A stretch of 64,000 nt of DNA, taken from Vicugna vicugna (Eukaryota). Positions 39,803 to 53,067 of the stretch are shown here, piece by piece. The stretch is from the NCBI GenBank assembly GCA_013265495.1, contig MU058221.1:3286001-3350000 (forward strand). The letters are read 5' to 3'. Position numbers and translations under genes: made by a program. Within the stretch, counting starts at the first letter, position 1; every line of letters starts with the position of its first letter. The notes under the pieces were generated by a model. The model worked only from the letters and a program-made list of their open reading frames with translations. It had not been told where the DNA came from and did not search any database.

Positions 39803-40409
39803 GCATGTATTCCTAAACAGTATCTTGCCTAGTTTTGACTATTCTTGAAATTTACATTACTGCAATCCATCTGTGTGCATTTTTTTGGTGACCAGCTGCT
39901 TTTATTAATCAGGGGCGTTTATGAGATTTAACCACACTGCTACATTTAACTGCAGTTTCTTCCTTTGTTCTGTGGTACACTGTTCAATTATATAAATAGA
40001 TGAGTGGACTAGAAAAGTGTTTAAATTTACTAGCAATGCAAAAGATCCCAAAGTGTGTGAGATAATTATCACTTCTATCAGCAGATGGTGGGAGTTTTTT
40101 TTCTCTACCACCCTATAAAGAGATATTACCTGATGTAAAAGTTTTGCCTACATTTTCAAATCATTTACTCAGTTTTCTATTGAGTCTCTTGAATACTTTA
40201 TTGCTGATCTGCAGGTTTTACCTATATATTGTACATGGCCATATAGTGGGGATTTAAAATATTATATTCTCTTTTGAATTTATTTCTGTTTTTTTGATGA
40301 GCAACTGTACTGATCTTGTATTTTATGTTTCATTTCATATTTAAGTCTTTAAACGGACTTTATATTAAATTTAGTGTATGGAGTGTAATCTTTGCAAAAG
40401 ATGGGGCTG

Positions 40410-41422
40410 ACTAGGGCTTAATCTCCAGAATATATAAACAGCTCATACAACTTAATAAGAAAAAAACAAACAACCCAATCCAAAAATGGGCAGAAGACCT
40501 ACACACGCAATTCTCCAGTGAAGACATACAAATTGCTGGTAGGCAATGAGAAAAGGCTCAGTATTGCTAATGATCATAGAAATGCAAATCAAAACTACAA
40601 TGAGGTATTACCTCACACCAGTCAGAATGGCCATCATTCAAAAGTCCATGAACGATAAATGCTGGAGAGGCTGTGGAGAAAAGGGAACCCTCCTTCACTG
40701 CTGGTGGGAATGCAGTTTGGTGCAGACACTGTGGAAAACAGTATGGAGATTCCTCAAAAGACTAGGAATAGACTTACCGTATGACCCAGGAATCCCACTC
40801 CTGGGCTTATATCCAGAGGGAATCTTAATTCAAAAAGACACCTGCACCCCAATGTTCATAGCAGCACTATTTACAATAGCCAAGACATGGAAACAGCTTA
40901 AATGTCCATCAACAGATGATTGGATAAAGAAGCTGTGGTATATTTATACAATGGAATATTATTCCACCATAAAAAAGAATAAAATACTGCCATTTGCAGC
41001 AACATGGATGGACCTGAAGAATGTCATTCTAAGTGAAATAAGCCAGAAAGAGAAAGAAAAATACCATATGATATCACTCACATGTGGAATCTAAAAAAAA
41101 GAAAAAGACAAAAGAACCTATTTACAAAACAGAAAGACTCTCAGACATAGAAAACAAACTTACGGTTACCAGAGGGAGAAGGAGGTGGGAAGGGATAAAT
41201 TGTGAGTTCTAGATTTGCAGATACTAACTAATATATATAAAGTAGATAAACAACAACTTCATATTGTACAGCACAGGGAACGATATTCAGTATCTTTTAG
41301 TAACATGGTGAAACAGAATATGAAAATGAATATATGTATGTTCCTACATGACTGAAGCATTATTCTGTATGCTGGAAATTGACACCACAGTGTAAACTGA
41401 CTATACTTCAATTAAAAAAAAA
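40410..41422 (+). mobile_element. Young 5'-truncated L1: ORF2 C-terminus, 3' UTR, poly-A
   Basis: ORF 40546-41094 encodes the ORF2p C-terminus including [18 protein letters not shown] and ends CGI-stop; full 3' UTR ending CAATTAAAAAAAA. Confidence 0.96.
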
Positions 41423-42526
41423 GACTAGATAAAAAGAGAAAAAAAAGATTTCTTCAGAAAGAAAAATAAATGATCTTAGACAGGAAACCACAGAAATTCT
41501 AGAAGGAATAAAAACTGAGAAAGGGAAGAAATGATTAGGTATATATAAACACTGACTAGGTTGTTGGTAATATTTATTTGTTTTCTCATATGGGTCGCTT
41601 TTACAGGAGTTTGTTCACAATTTACGAACATACTTCACAGGTACGTTTTGCGGTTTTCTTCATTCATGTTGCACTTATGTAAAACACTGTTAAAAATCAA
41701 ATCAAATCAAATCAATCTTGAAGATCTCCCCAGGCAAAAAGAACCATTTAAAGCTATGTAACACAAAACACAGTCTAGTTTATTTCATAAACATTAGCAA
41801 AATTTTGGTTACTTCTTGTAAATGTCTGTGATAAACATAAATGAAACTTGAATCATTGCCCCCAAATTATATAAGATAATCGCTTTTAGCCAGTCTCCTA
41901 CTGTCTAGGAGACCTATTACCCCCCATTGTAATAACTAATACTGGAAAGGTTACCCTGCGCCTTCATTTTCACAGGACAAACGATCCCATAAAGTCATGC
42001 CTGTGAACTTCATGCCAGTTTTGGGTTTGAAGTGTCCCTGTTCACAAACAGTTTGTTTCTCACATAATAAAATATTCGTATCAAGTGAAGCTCTCTGACT
42101 TGTCTCCTGACAACATCCTTTTACATGTTGAATCCTTTGTTCTTTTTTTAAGATACAGGTTTTTTTTTTCTTCAGTACCTCAGTGTTGTGATTTCCTCTT
42201 TCCGTTGACTTACCATTGGATGTGCAGTCCTGGCTGCTGCTAATATACACACCTGCTAGATTTAACTTGACTCCTTACCTTTTTTTTTTGTTACGAATGA
42301 AACCATGCCAGTCAAATCTTAAGCTGTGATTGAAAAGTTTGTCTTTTTCTTAAGTTGAGGCGCCCATGAGAGATTATTTTATTTATGATTGTGCTTTAAC
42401 TTCCTACCGCCAAGTTTAAAGGGCTTTCCTCTACCTCTTTTACACATTTGTAGAACTGACTTTTTGTTAACAGTAGTCCTGAAACTGAAGTGAAGAACAA
42501 GAGGATTGTGATGAGTGAGGAAAGGG

Positions 42527-42546
42527 GAGAGCGCCCCCTGCTGGAT
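42527..42546 (-). promoter_or_regulatory. CTCF motif
   Basis: Minus strand reads TCCAGCAGGGGGCGCTCT, essentially the CTCF core consensus with the CpG retained. Confidence 0.75.
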
Positions 42547-43952
42547 GGGGAAGGGCGACCCCAATTGTCAGTGGAAAGCCCATTTGTTTCTGCTGGAGAC
42601 ACACAGGGGTTATTCGGACAGAACATATGTCACACATCGCTTCAGCGCTTTATTCCAATTTTGATTAGCCAAAATTCTAATGCCGACTAGATTACTGAGC
42701 ACTAATCTTAGTTCCTGTTGTCATTGACAAATCCATCCCTTTTTCTCTTACTACTTTTGGATGGTGAGGAGGTGAATGGCATGTCTTTCTAGGCTCACAC
42801 TGGAAAGTTCCCTCATCCGTTTTGATCACATTTAACTTTTTAAATGTAATATGTCTCCTCAAGCCATTTCACAGGATGGCAGCATAAAAATACATAACAT
42901 TTTTAAAAAACACAGTCTGTTTTTATTATTGTAGTGATAAGGGTGTAGTAACCTGAATTCATCTAGCAACTGAATTTATTTAACCTCTTTCATCTAATCA
43001 TATTATCAACACACAAATGTCTGATTATGATTTAGTTTCCCGTGTAGGTCTCCCTAAGTTAATTTTAGTCTTTAAAATATCCTACCTTCAAGAAAAAGGA
43101 GCCAGTTATTTCCCACTGGTTTTCATCTCACTTGGAACTGAAGGGCTCACTGTTACGAGTTCTGAAACAAGTTGGGATGTCTGGCTTCAGTTTGGTTTTG
43201 TTACCGACAATCGTCTTGACAGCGAGCAATTCTCTCCACCTCTCTAAGCTTCGATTTCATCTTTTCTGATTCGGTAAAATGAGAAAATGTTAGAAAATGA
43301 TCTTAAAGTTCCCTTTTGGCTCTGATACTTGAGCACTTCACAGATGTGCTCAAGTTTGTTCCAGGTTAAAAGATAAGCTAGCAATAGAATTGGGAATCAA
43401 GCCCCCAGGATATGTCTTTAGCTCTAATCAGGTGACCTAGTGAAGAGAGAAAAATTTCATAAAAAAAGAGAGAAGAAAAAGTGAAGCAAAGGGGATATGA
43501 GAAGTAAAGTAAAGGTGAAAAATGAATAGAGAGAGAATTGTTTGAAAAACAGCTAAGGATAAAATAGGAGTCTCCTGATGTGACTGCATAATTTTCTTCT
43601 GATCTACACTGTCCCGAAACACAGATTATTCAATCTAATCATTCCTCTACCTCTCCAAAATTAGGTGTTATGCAAATATCTCTCAATCCCTAAATCTCTG
43701 TGATATTCAGGAACTCTTTTCTTCCTCGACTCCTGGGCTCCCTCCCCAGCATCCTCCTGAATCCAAGGTTGACCTTCTCTCCGCAGCCTCACACCTACCA
43801 CTGGCCATTGTGAGCGACCTGCCCTTCTCTTCAGCCTGTTTCCTAAACCCAGGCTGGTGTCTGTACTGAGAGAACCGATCTATAATGTAGCCACACACTG
43901 ATTCTAAGTTAAACAGTATTCATTTTTAGACTGTGGCTCACCAGGGCCTTTT

Positions 43953-44844
43953 TTAAAGTTTAGTTTTTATTGAAGTGTAGTTGATTTATAATGATAGTTT
44001 CAGGTATACAGCAAAGTGATTCAGTTATACATACACATACATATATATTATTTCCAGATTCTTTTCCATTATATGTTATTACAAGAAACTGAATACAGTT
44101 CCCTGTGCTCTGTAGTAGGTCCTTGCTGTTTATCTGTTTTATATATAGTAATGTGTACATGTTAATCCCAAACTCCTAATTTATCTCTCCCTGCCCTTTT
44201 CCCTTTGGTAATCATAGTTTATTTTCTATGTCTGTGAGTCTGGTTTTGGTTTGTAAATAAAATTTGTATCATTTGTTAATATTCTACATATAAGTAATAC
44301 CATATGATATTTGACTTTCTCTGTCTGACTTACTTAAATCTTCAGGTCCATGCATGTTGCTGCAATGGCATTATTTCATTCTTTTTTATGGCCAAGTAAT
44401 ATTCCATTATATATACAGCATATATATTTCATATATCACATCTTAATCTGTTCATCTGTCAATGGACATTTAGGTTGTTTCTGTGTCTTGACTATCATAA
44501 ATAGTGCTGCTATGATCACTGGAGTGCATCTGCCATTTTGAATTATAATTTTCTCCAGATATCCACCCAGGAGTGGCATTGCTGGATCCTAGGGTAAGTC
44601 TAATTTTAGTTTCTTTAAGGCACCTCCATACTGTCCTCCACAGTGGCTGTGCCAATTTACATTCCCACCAACAGCAGGAGGGTTCCTTTTCTCCACACCC
44701 TCTCTAGTATTTATTATTTGTAGACTTTTTAATGGTGGCCATTCTGACTGATGTGAACTGATACCTCACTGTAGTTTTCATTTGCATTTCTCTAATAATT
44801 AGCGACACTGAGCATCTTTCCACGTGCCTGTTGGCCGTCTGGAA
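43953..44844 (-). mobile_element. 5'-truncated L1 with TSD
   Basis: Reverse-complement ORF2 end and 3' UTR; TSD CACCAGGGC(C)TTTT at 43939-43952 and 44845-44857; TTTT/A endonuclease-type site. Confidence 0.95.
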
Positions 44845-46611
44845 CACCAGGGCTTTTATGAAGACTGGAGCAACAGCATCTTTCAACAGCACCATCTGGA
44901 TGTGGCTAAATGAAGCGTGATGATAAAGCAGTGATGATGCAAGAATTAGAAGGGATGCTGTTGCCCTATAGATGTTAAATTGCCTACGGCCCTAAAGTTC
45001 ACTATTTAAGATCTGATTTTCAAGACTGATATGATGCAATTAAAAAAACCCAAATACTGGAGAAAGGTACAATTTGTGGGTGTTTCAGTCTTTATACTTG
45101 ATTTAAATTGATTAAAACAATTCATGACCATTGCCAACAATGAATTGGTGAGGGACGTGAGCAAGTACACGCATATGTGAAGAACACACAAGAGCACAAA
45201 ATTCCATATTTGGATTCTGAAGGGAAGGATTTAGGGTAAAACAGAGCAGGTAAAGGAAAATTTTGCTGATATAACAGGGTATAATTTGCAAAGCTCTTTT
45301 CTCCTGGCTGATAAGGTCAGTCCAGAGCTTTCGTTTTGTCTAATCTGAAACCAAATAATAGCTTTCATTTCCTGAGAACATGCAAAACATCTGGCAATGC
45401 TCTGGGGGCTTTATACACAGTTTTAGAACAAATGCTCACAACCACTTTTCACTTCAGGTAATTTTATCTCCATTTCACACAGATAAGTAACTTCCCCCAA
45501 GGTCCATGCCACTAAACGTCGGGGTTGAGTTTGACTGACTTTAATACCTAAGTCCAGAACCCTAACTCCATTTAGCACTTGGCTGTCTCTCTCCTTCAGA
45601 AACCAGCGTGCTTGGTTTCCTGGAGTTCAGGGCATTCTGACACATTATACAGGTCCAAAGTCTGGTTCAAATCCCAGCTCTGCTACTCACAATCCATAAA
45701 ATAGTACCTACCTTTAGGACCGAAAGCCTCCTGCTCCCCGTCTAGCACGTTGTGGCTATTCAGTGTTGGGCTGTGGTTGTTTTTGTTCGATGTCAAATAA
45801 CTTGGCATTAATGCCTTATCCTCCATTGTGACCTGAATCTGTGTAATCTCACCCTATTGTCTCACCAGGAAAAGCCCAAGTCCTTATTCGAGATGCTAGA
45901 ATCTGAGTCTGTGTTTTTTTCAGTTCCATGACTATTGAAAAGTCGGTCTCCCAGGGACCTTCTGTGAGGACTTGGCACCTAACCCAGGGGCCCAAACTTT
46001 CAGAAAAGCATAAATTCTAGAATTATCCAAGATATTTCTATTTGAGTGGGAGGATACTGAGGACATAAGGATTTAATATTGAAAATACACAGATACTTAA
46101 AAGCACTGTTTATACAGATCCTCTGTTCTAACAGAATTTATGGAAGGGTCTTATCCCATTTCATTGCAAAAAAAAATGTCAATATACATTTACTTGGCAC
46201 ATTTATTTTAGGATAGGGAAATAAATATCTTGAAGCTCATGTTTAAGATTATTTGACTAGTTCTCCAGTATATTTAATTTGAACATTTCATTCCCCCTTT
46301 TATTCTAATTGTTCTCTTGAAGCTGCGCTAACAACTTTGAAGGCCACTTAAGAAGAAAACCCTGGATAAGTGTCACTTATAACCATTAGGGCAGAATTCT
46401 TCCCTTTTAATCAGTCTGATAATTAAACTCTTAAGTTACTACTAAGTTACTTTATTTTACAGAATATAATACCCCTCTGCAGAGAGATGTATATGTATGT
46501 GGTATATGAGTGAATAAATTACATAGTAACATAGATACGTGCATTTCTATTAACTCACATGGGTGAAATTCAATGATACATCACTTTTTAAAAAACTCCT
46601 TACATGTTACA

Positions 46612-46845
46612 AATGGTTTTTACACTTATAAATAGTCAAAAAAATCAAGATAATGATTCACATTAAAATTATATGAAAATCGAACGTCAGCATCCGTAAC
46701 ATAAAATTTAATTGGAACACAGCCTGCCCATTGATTTATGAATTAATCATGACTGATTTCCTACAGTAACAACAGAGCTTTGTGTGGCCCACAAGTCCTA
46801 GAATACTTCCGATCTGACCCATTTCAGAGCAGGCTTGCCCACCTG
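46612..46845. mobile_element. MER58B-like hAT-Charlie element
   Basis: AAAATTATATGAAAATC..ATTGGAACACAGCC..TGGCCCACAAG..TTGCCCACCTG. Confidence 0.75.
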
Positions 46846-48470
46846 TGACACAAAGCAAATACTACATTGCTCTCCTTTGCTGATGGGTTTCTGTCTTTTC
46901 TACCAGGACTGTTCTCAGCTTCTGCTTCTCCTGAGTTAGCTCCTCTTCCTTAGGAAAAGAACCTCTTCTTAATAGAGAATGTTCACTTTCTCACCTTCCT
47001 AACTCATGAATTAATGAGAACATTTTCTACACACTGGACTCTCCAATGATACTGTTCCACCATTATACCTCCCAATACATCAGTAATATATATATATATA
47101 TATATTTTTTTTTTTTCCTGTAGGATCCATACTTTTGCCATCTGGTATATCCTCACTAATTAATTCATACATTCATCCTTCCATCCATCCATCTATCTGT
47201 TCATCCTGCAGAAGTGGATTAGGTACTGACAGGCAAGAAGGGAGATAAAATGTATTTTCTACCCCTGTAGGGTTCACCTCCTGGCGTAGGAACAGACACA
47301 TAAACAGTTAGAGCTTAAAATGCTGAATATTATTCTAGAGGAAATTACCGAGGAGGGTAATTGAATGAAACTTCTGTTCTCTCAGCATTGCCTTCCAACT
47401 TTTTCAACAACCTTTTAACTTTGTGTCTTTTTTTTTTAACTTTGATATCTCATCAATATTTCCCTTCTATTCGATTTCCTACCACTGTCATGATCTCTTA
47501 GTTCCTTAAGCTCCACTCCTCTGATGATGTCAATGCTGACTTCACTCTGTTACCCACAAGAATGGTGCCCCACCTTCAGGTCACAGCAGTGATTCTGAAG
47601 TTTGTCCTATGACAGGGCCTTAGTTCCAGTTTCCCTGCTCTTCCTGAAGCTGCTCTTGGCCCGTATTTTGGCTTCTGGTTCTTGCACATCAACCCACACT
47701 AACTCTGTCTGCCACTTCCACCACACAGAGACATCCTCCAGCCTGTCACGTCAACAGTGTCCCACCAGTGCCTCTCCCAGGCACTTCAACTTGGGTCTTC
47801 GTTTGTACTCATGCCGCCCCCCTGATACTTGGGTGACTTGCCACTGCTGCCTCCTCTTCCCTCATTATACTTGAAGGGCTGCTGCGGGCAGTCACAGAAG
47901 AGGGCTGAGCTGCTCTGTTAATCGCATGTGCTCTCCGACGTCAGCCTGGGCTTCAGCGCTGTATACAATAATCTTCAAAGTGGCTGCTGAAATCTACTTA
48001 CGCTCCCTTCCCGAAGCCCTCAAACCTCCACCCGCGTGTTTCACTGACTGCCATCAAGATAAGCGTTTGGATTCCACTTTCTCCAACGTGCAGCCCATGC
48101 GACTGGCCCCCCCGGACTGTGCAGGTTACTGCAATGCACGCTTTGGTGTGGCCTTCCGGGCCTTTGGTCAAATGGGGAATTTAGTCATTTCCTTTAAAAT
48201 CAGCAGAAGAAACTTTCCACATTGCCTCTAGGGCCTCAGAGATCATGGATCTGATGTAGAAACAGGAAGAGGAAGTATTCAGAGTAGAAGGGAAGCTGCA
48301 GCACGGCTGAGACAGACAGCAGCCCATTCTCTCTGCATGTTAATAACTAAAGTAACTAAAGGCAGGGGCCCTGAGGAGGCATACTTTTGCCTGCCATTGC
48401 ATCTGCATGACTTTTAAGAACGTCCGAAGAACTGACGAACAATGTCACAGTGCTGTCTGTTATTTATATA

Positions 48471-48800
48471 CAGTCACCCCTGGGTATCCAGGAGCTGGTT
48501 CCAGCCCCCGCTTTCCCACCAGCAACAAAATCCCAGGCTGCTACTGGCATATACCTTAGGCACATCCTCCTATCCACTTTGTTTTTATTGAGTTATAGTC
48601 AGTTTACTCTCCTATCCTCTTTAAGTCATCCCTAGATTACCTACAGTACCTAAAACAATGCAAACACTCTGTAAATTCAGAGTGCGGCAAATCCAACTTT
48701 GCTTTCTGGAACTTTCTGGAATTTTTTCCTTCCAATTATTTTTGCCCCTTGGTTAACTGAGTGCACAGACACAGAACTCATGGACACAAATGGCTAGCTG
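48471..48800. mobile_element. MER2B-like Tigger MITE
   Basis: TA|CAGTCACCCCTGGGTATCC start, CTAGATTACCTACAGTACCTAA middle, ...TGGACACAAATGGCTAGCTG end (degenerate TIRs). Confidence 0.8.
48581..48608 (-). mobile_element. 28-nt L1 3'-tip insertion with 14-bp TSD
   Basis: GTTTTTATTGAGTTATAGTCAGTTTACT between CTCCTATCCACTTT (48567-48580) and CTCCTATCCTCTTT (48609-48622). Confidence 0.85.
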
Positions 48801-49397
48801 CGTTCCCTGAAGCCCTGCAGGATGTACTGACATCTGACTCTGCCACCCACCAGATGTTAGAACTTGGTCCAGCTGCGTAACCTCATGGAGAGTCAGGATT
48901 CTAGCGCGTACGACTGGGAAAGTGGAATAACGCAACCCCCCAGCCCCCAACACTCTTCCCACATTGAAAACTCCACAGTGCCCACAAAGCATACAGCAAA
49001 TGTCAGGAAACAGTCAGTGCCCATCAATAACTGGTACTTTTAAACAACAGAGAATGGGCATCATGTCAAAAGGTAACACCGCACTATAGTGATGCTGGAC
49101 ACAGGAACGACCACATTGGGAGGAGAGCTTACTCTTTTGTTTACTTCAAGACAAAAAGTACTTCCCAATATTAGACGAAAAGAAAGGTACCCTTAGAAAG
49201 TCAATGGAGGTACGAGGAGATTCACAGATCACTCACACATACACACACACACAATCGTTCTATTTTAGCTCCCTGTACACACCATCACTCGAACTATGTC
49301 AGTGGCCTCACCTCACGTTGTGTTCACTGTTGCAGGTTCAAACTTCAATATAAACAGTGGCTCTTTAGTGCATTAACCTGAATGCATCCAAGTCTTA

Positions 49398-49725
49398 CAG
49401 AAAACAAACTAACGTTCCCAGAGGGAAAAAGCACTGGGGGGAGGGATGAATGGGGAGTTTGGGGCTAACCTACATGCACAACTGCATATAAAACAGATGA
49501 ACAACAAGGACCTACTGTACAGCACAGGGAACTGTAGTCAGTATCTTGTAATAACTTATAGTGGAAAAGAATCTGAAAAAGAATATATCTATATACTCTA
49601 CGTACATATATGTATCATACATACATACCTATATATAACTGAATCACTTTGCTGTACACCTGAAAGTAACACATTGCGAATCAACACATTGTGATTCAAT
49701 AAAAATCAATAAATACAAAAGAAAA
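49398..49725 (+). mobile_element. L1 3' UTR fragment
   Basis: AACAACAAGGACCTACTGTACAGCACAGGGAACT...TGAATCACTTTGCTGTACACCTGAAA; same type as 43953-44250. Confidence 0.9.
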
Positions 49726-50884
49726 TCTTGTTCATAATAGATTAAAAAAAACACCAGTTTCAAACACCTTCCCTTCCCCTCAAATGCATAAGTCTTTATA
49801 ATACAGCCTCATGATTTTAAATTTTCCTAAGAACTAAAATTCTCCCTACCACAAGTCAACTTCAGAACCATATGTCCTCTCCCTTCCCTGCACCTCCCGA
49901 GTCCTATTTATCTTTCCCCACGTTGCCAGGCGGATCTTACTCCCTCCACCTCGTATCGTTATTTTTAATTACCTCTTCACTGACAGCACACTGCCATTGT
50001 CCCCTTACTAAATATTCCTGCTCCCGGTCTCTGCCCTAGACAGCCCATCTTTGTAACTGCCGACAGAGTGTTATTCCTAAAAACACATTTTAGGAGAGGC
50101 CAGAGAGGTGCTGTACCCTCTAACTGTTTGGGTAGAGGAAAGGAAATGCCTTCCACAGGCATACTTCTCCTCTCTTCTAATCACAAAAAGACTACAAATT
50201 CTTCGAAGGAGGAGCTCATACATTATTCACTTTGGTAAACCTTATATGTTGCCTGGTTAAAAAAAAGTTCAAGATGTTCCTTTGTTCAAATGTTTGTATG
50301 TTCCATAAGCCCTTGCTCCACGCCATTACTCAAGTCCCCGTTTCTAACTTATCACAGAGTATTCCCCCCCATTCTTATTGATTTTAGCTAAGTGTAACTG
50401 GAACATTTAATAAAATGCATGGCTGGAGGGAAATGAAAGAATGGAGGGGGAAATGAGCCCCAGAGCTTCGACGAGTTAAGATGCTTTAGCACGCTCCTCT
50501 CCCGCACCTCAGAAACGGAGACGCCCACATTTGTGCAACTCATTTTGTCCTCGGTGGAATTCAGAACTTCAAAACCGCATCTATGGAAAATGGTAAAGCT
50601 TATGAGAGTAATAGGGATAAAAATGGGCAGAGTTCTGGCAGGATTCAGTGGGTGAAATCTAAGAAGAAAACTCAGAGAGAAGCTGTTGGCTTCACGCCCT
50701 AGTCAGTGACCAACACGAACCTACTGAGCCCAATTTTCTTCTCTTCCTTCCAGACACATAGATTTTATTCCCACCCCCAACTCCGTGTAAGGCAGGAGGA
50801 GAAAAGGGCAGTTAGAAGAGTCCTCTCACGGACAACTGATTTACTTGTTGTGCAAGTGCACAGATGCAACCTCTGAAGCACTGA

Positions 50885-51036
50885 CTTTATTTTCGAATTC
50901 TTCTTCTTCATCTTCTTCACCTTCTTTGTTTTCGTCTTTGTCTTCGTCTTCATCTTGGTTAGTGGAGGTACTGAGGATTGAAACCAGGACCTTGTGCGTG
51001 CTAAGCATGTGTTCTACCAATGAGCTAGAGCCCCCA
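50885..51036 (-). mobile_element. tRNA-derived SINE (Vic-1 type) with simple-repeat tail
   Basis: Minus strand TAGCTCATTGGTAGAAC...GGTTTCAATCC (A/B boxes); tail 50885-50960 is TCTTC-rich on the + strand. Confidence 0.88.
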
Positions 51037-52306
51037 CCCCTGAGACTTTTCTTTCTTTCTTTCTTTTTTTTTAATATTTTCTATACTCCAACTACCTTAA
51101 TTCAGGCCACTTTCATCCTGAACTACCGCGTCAGGTCAGCCAGCATCCTAAATGCTTCTCTATCAACTTACTGCAATCTACTATACAATATTCCAACTGA
51201 GTTTCGTGTGGTCCCTTTGACGGAAATCTGTCACAAATGTTTTCCCACTAGAAAAAAAAATGCAAATAACTTTTAATGGGCAGCTTTGAAACGTGAAGGT
51301 CAGAGAGAAGTCTTCCTAATTCAACGTTTTCCTTTCAAAGTGCTCTCAACCTAGAAGACAAGGAGGGCAAAGTCCCCAAGTCTGGGTCACGTTTAGCAAG
51401 AGCAAGAAACCCAACGAAACGAATTTTGCAATAGTCTGGATGAGATGTCATGGTGGCAGGGAAAGGATCAATGTGCCATATGGCCTGGGCTGAATGTGGG
51501 AAGCAGAAGGGACAAGAGGGACCCAGGGTGCTTTCCAGGTTTTTATTCCCCTTTAAATGTTACAGTTCATCTAAGATGAGGTCCAAATAATTAAACCTGT
51601 CTCTCTGATTAGTACATAGGAAATGGAACAAACCACAACAAATACTTTCAATAAAAGAGATTCGCAAAGCAACGCTTTAATTCCCACCTCTTGTTCTTGT
51701 GATTTGTATTACTACAAAATGCTTTTAAGCTTTCAGGTGAAGACTGAAACAGAGCATCTCATGTTCCCCGTACTCGCTCATGTTTTCAAGTTTGTCGTGG
51801 CTAAGGCAGATAAAGCGCCTGCTTTAGCAAGAAGAAGCAGACTTGGATAAATGCCAGGAAGAGCTAAACCACAGACCACTTTATAATATTTACAGGAATA
51901 AAGGTACCTGCTGGATGTTCTTCAACAAGAACATCCTCTTAACTGAGACGTAGTAGGTGGTGAGCATCAGTACGTGACAAAATTAAAACTAGACTTTATC
52001 TTAATAAAATTATGAAACGTGGTTTTCATGGATTCGTCTTTAATCTTGGGAAATCTAGGCTTATTTCCTCTCGATTTATTTTCACTCACTTTGCGTATTA
52101 CTCAGATTATTCAGGTTATTTCTCCACTGTTTTAAATAAGACAATGGAAAACGCCCAAATCTACTGTCAACAAGAAAGAAAATCCAAAGACTCTCTCATG
52201 AAAAACATAAGACAAATGTTGGCTCTTTATCAGCAAAAGCCAAAATGTAAAAATCCAGACTTGCAGAACTGCTAAACTATGACTGAAATCTTTTCAAAAA
52301 AGAACA

Positions 52307-52308
<2 letters not shown>

Positions 52309-52350
<42 letters not shown>
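52309..52350. repeat. (CA)n, about 21 units
   Basis: Direct reading. Confidence 0.97.
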
Positions 52351-52354
<4 letters not shown>

Positions 52355-52822
52355 AACTTATTATTTTTTCCAAAACGATTAATTACAGATTTTTGAACAT
52401 AAATAGGGAACAGCCTTTACTGGGAGTTCAATGCACATTTATTCGGCCTATGGTTTATGAGAGGTGCTGTACTGAGTGCTGTGAACGTTAAAAAGGAAAG
52501 AGACTTTCTATCTTCAAGGGAACCTCTGTGCCAGAGTGAAAGTCTCAGGATTATATGTATTAACCCTTTAATGCACAGCCAGCCTTTGGGAAAATGTAGC
52601 CATTAACTCCGTATTTGGAGTTTGTGGAGGGTTTGGTACCCCATGCAATTCTCTGAGGGAAATTAAGGTAGAACTCTGTCTAAAAGATGGTTCCTCCCCA
52701 CTAGGTATTTCCACGATAGCAGTGCAGGATGAAACTGCTCCAGACACAGCAGCTGAGTATGGACCTGGAGTCGAGATGCAACTCTCACATCTGGATGTGT
52801 TATGCAGGTAAGAACCTGGGAC

Positions 52823-53067
52823 GAGGGGAGGAAAGAGCTCAGTGCTAGAGCGCGTGCTTAGCATGCATGAGGTCCTGGGTTCAGTCCTCAGTACCTCCAT
52901 TAAAAAACAGTTGTATTAGTTTGCTAATTTTGGAGGGAGGTATGGCTCAGTGGTAGAGCACGTGCTTAGCAGGCACACAGTCCCGGGTTCAATCCCCAGT
53001 ACTTCCATTAAAATAAATAAACAAATAAATAAAAACCTAATTGCCTAGCCCCCCCCCTTATAAAAAA
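52823..53067 (+). mobile_element. Two tandem tRNA-derived SINE monomers (Vic-1 type) inside one TSD
   Basis: Monomers at ~52823-52907 and ~52932-53067, each with GCTCAGTG.TAGAGC and GGGTTCA.TCC; TSD AAGAA(C/T)CTGGGAC at 52810-52822 and 53068-53080. Confidence 0.9.

Noticed and set aside
39078..39848. 256-aa and 241-aa ORFs
   Set aside because: They span the N gap.
40546..41094. 182-aa ORF as a host gene
   Set aside because: It is the C-terminus of L1 ORF2p in a 5'-truncated copy.
44931..45016. C/D-box snoRNA look-alike (GTGATGA...CTGA)
   Set aside because: No convincing terminal stem, internal boxes or recognisable rRNA complementarity.
52823..53010. tRNA genes
   Set aside because: A/B boxes are present, but AT-rich tails and a TSD identify SINEs; the same applies to 50961-51036.
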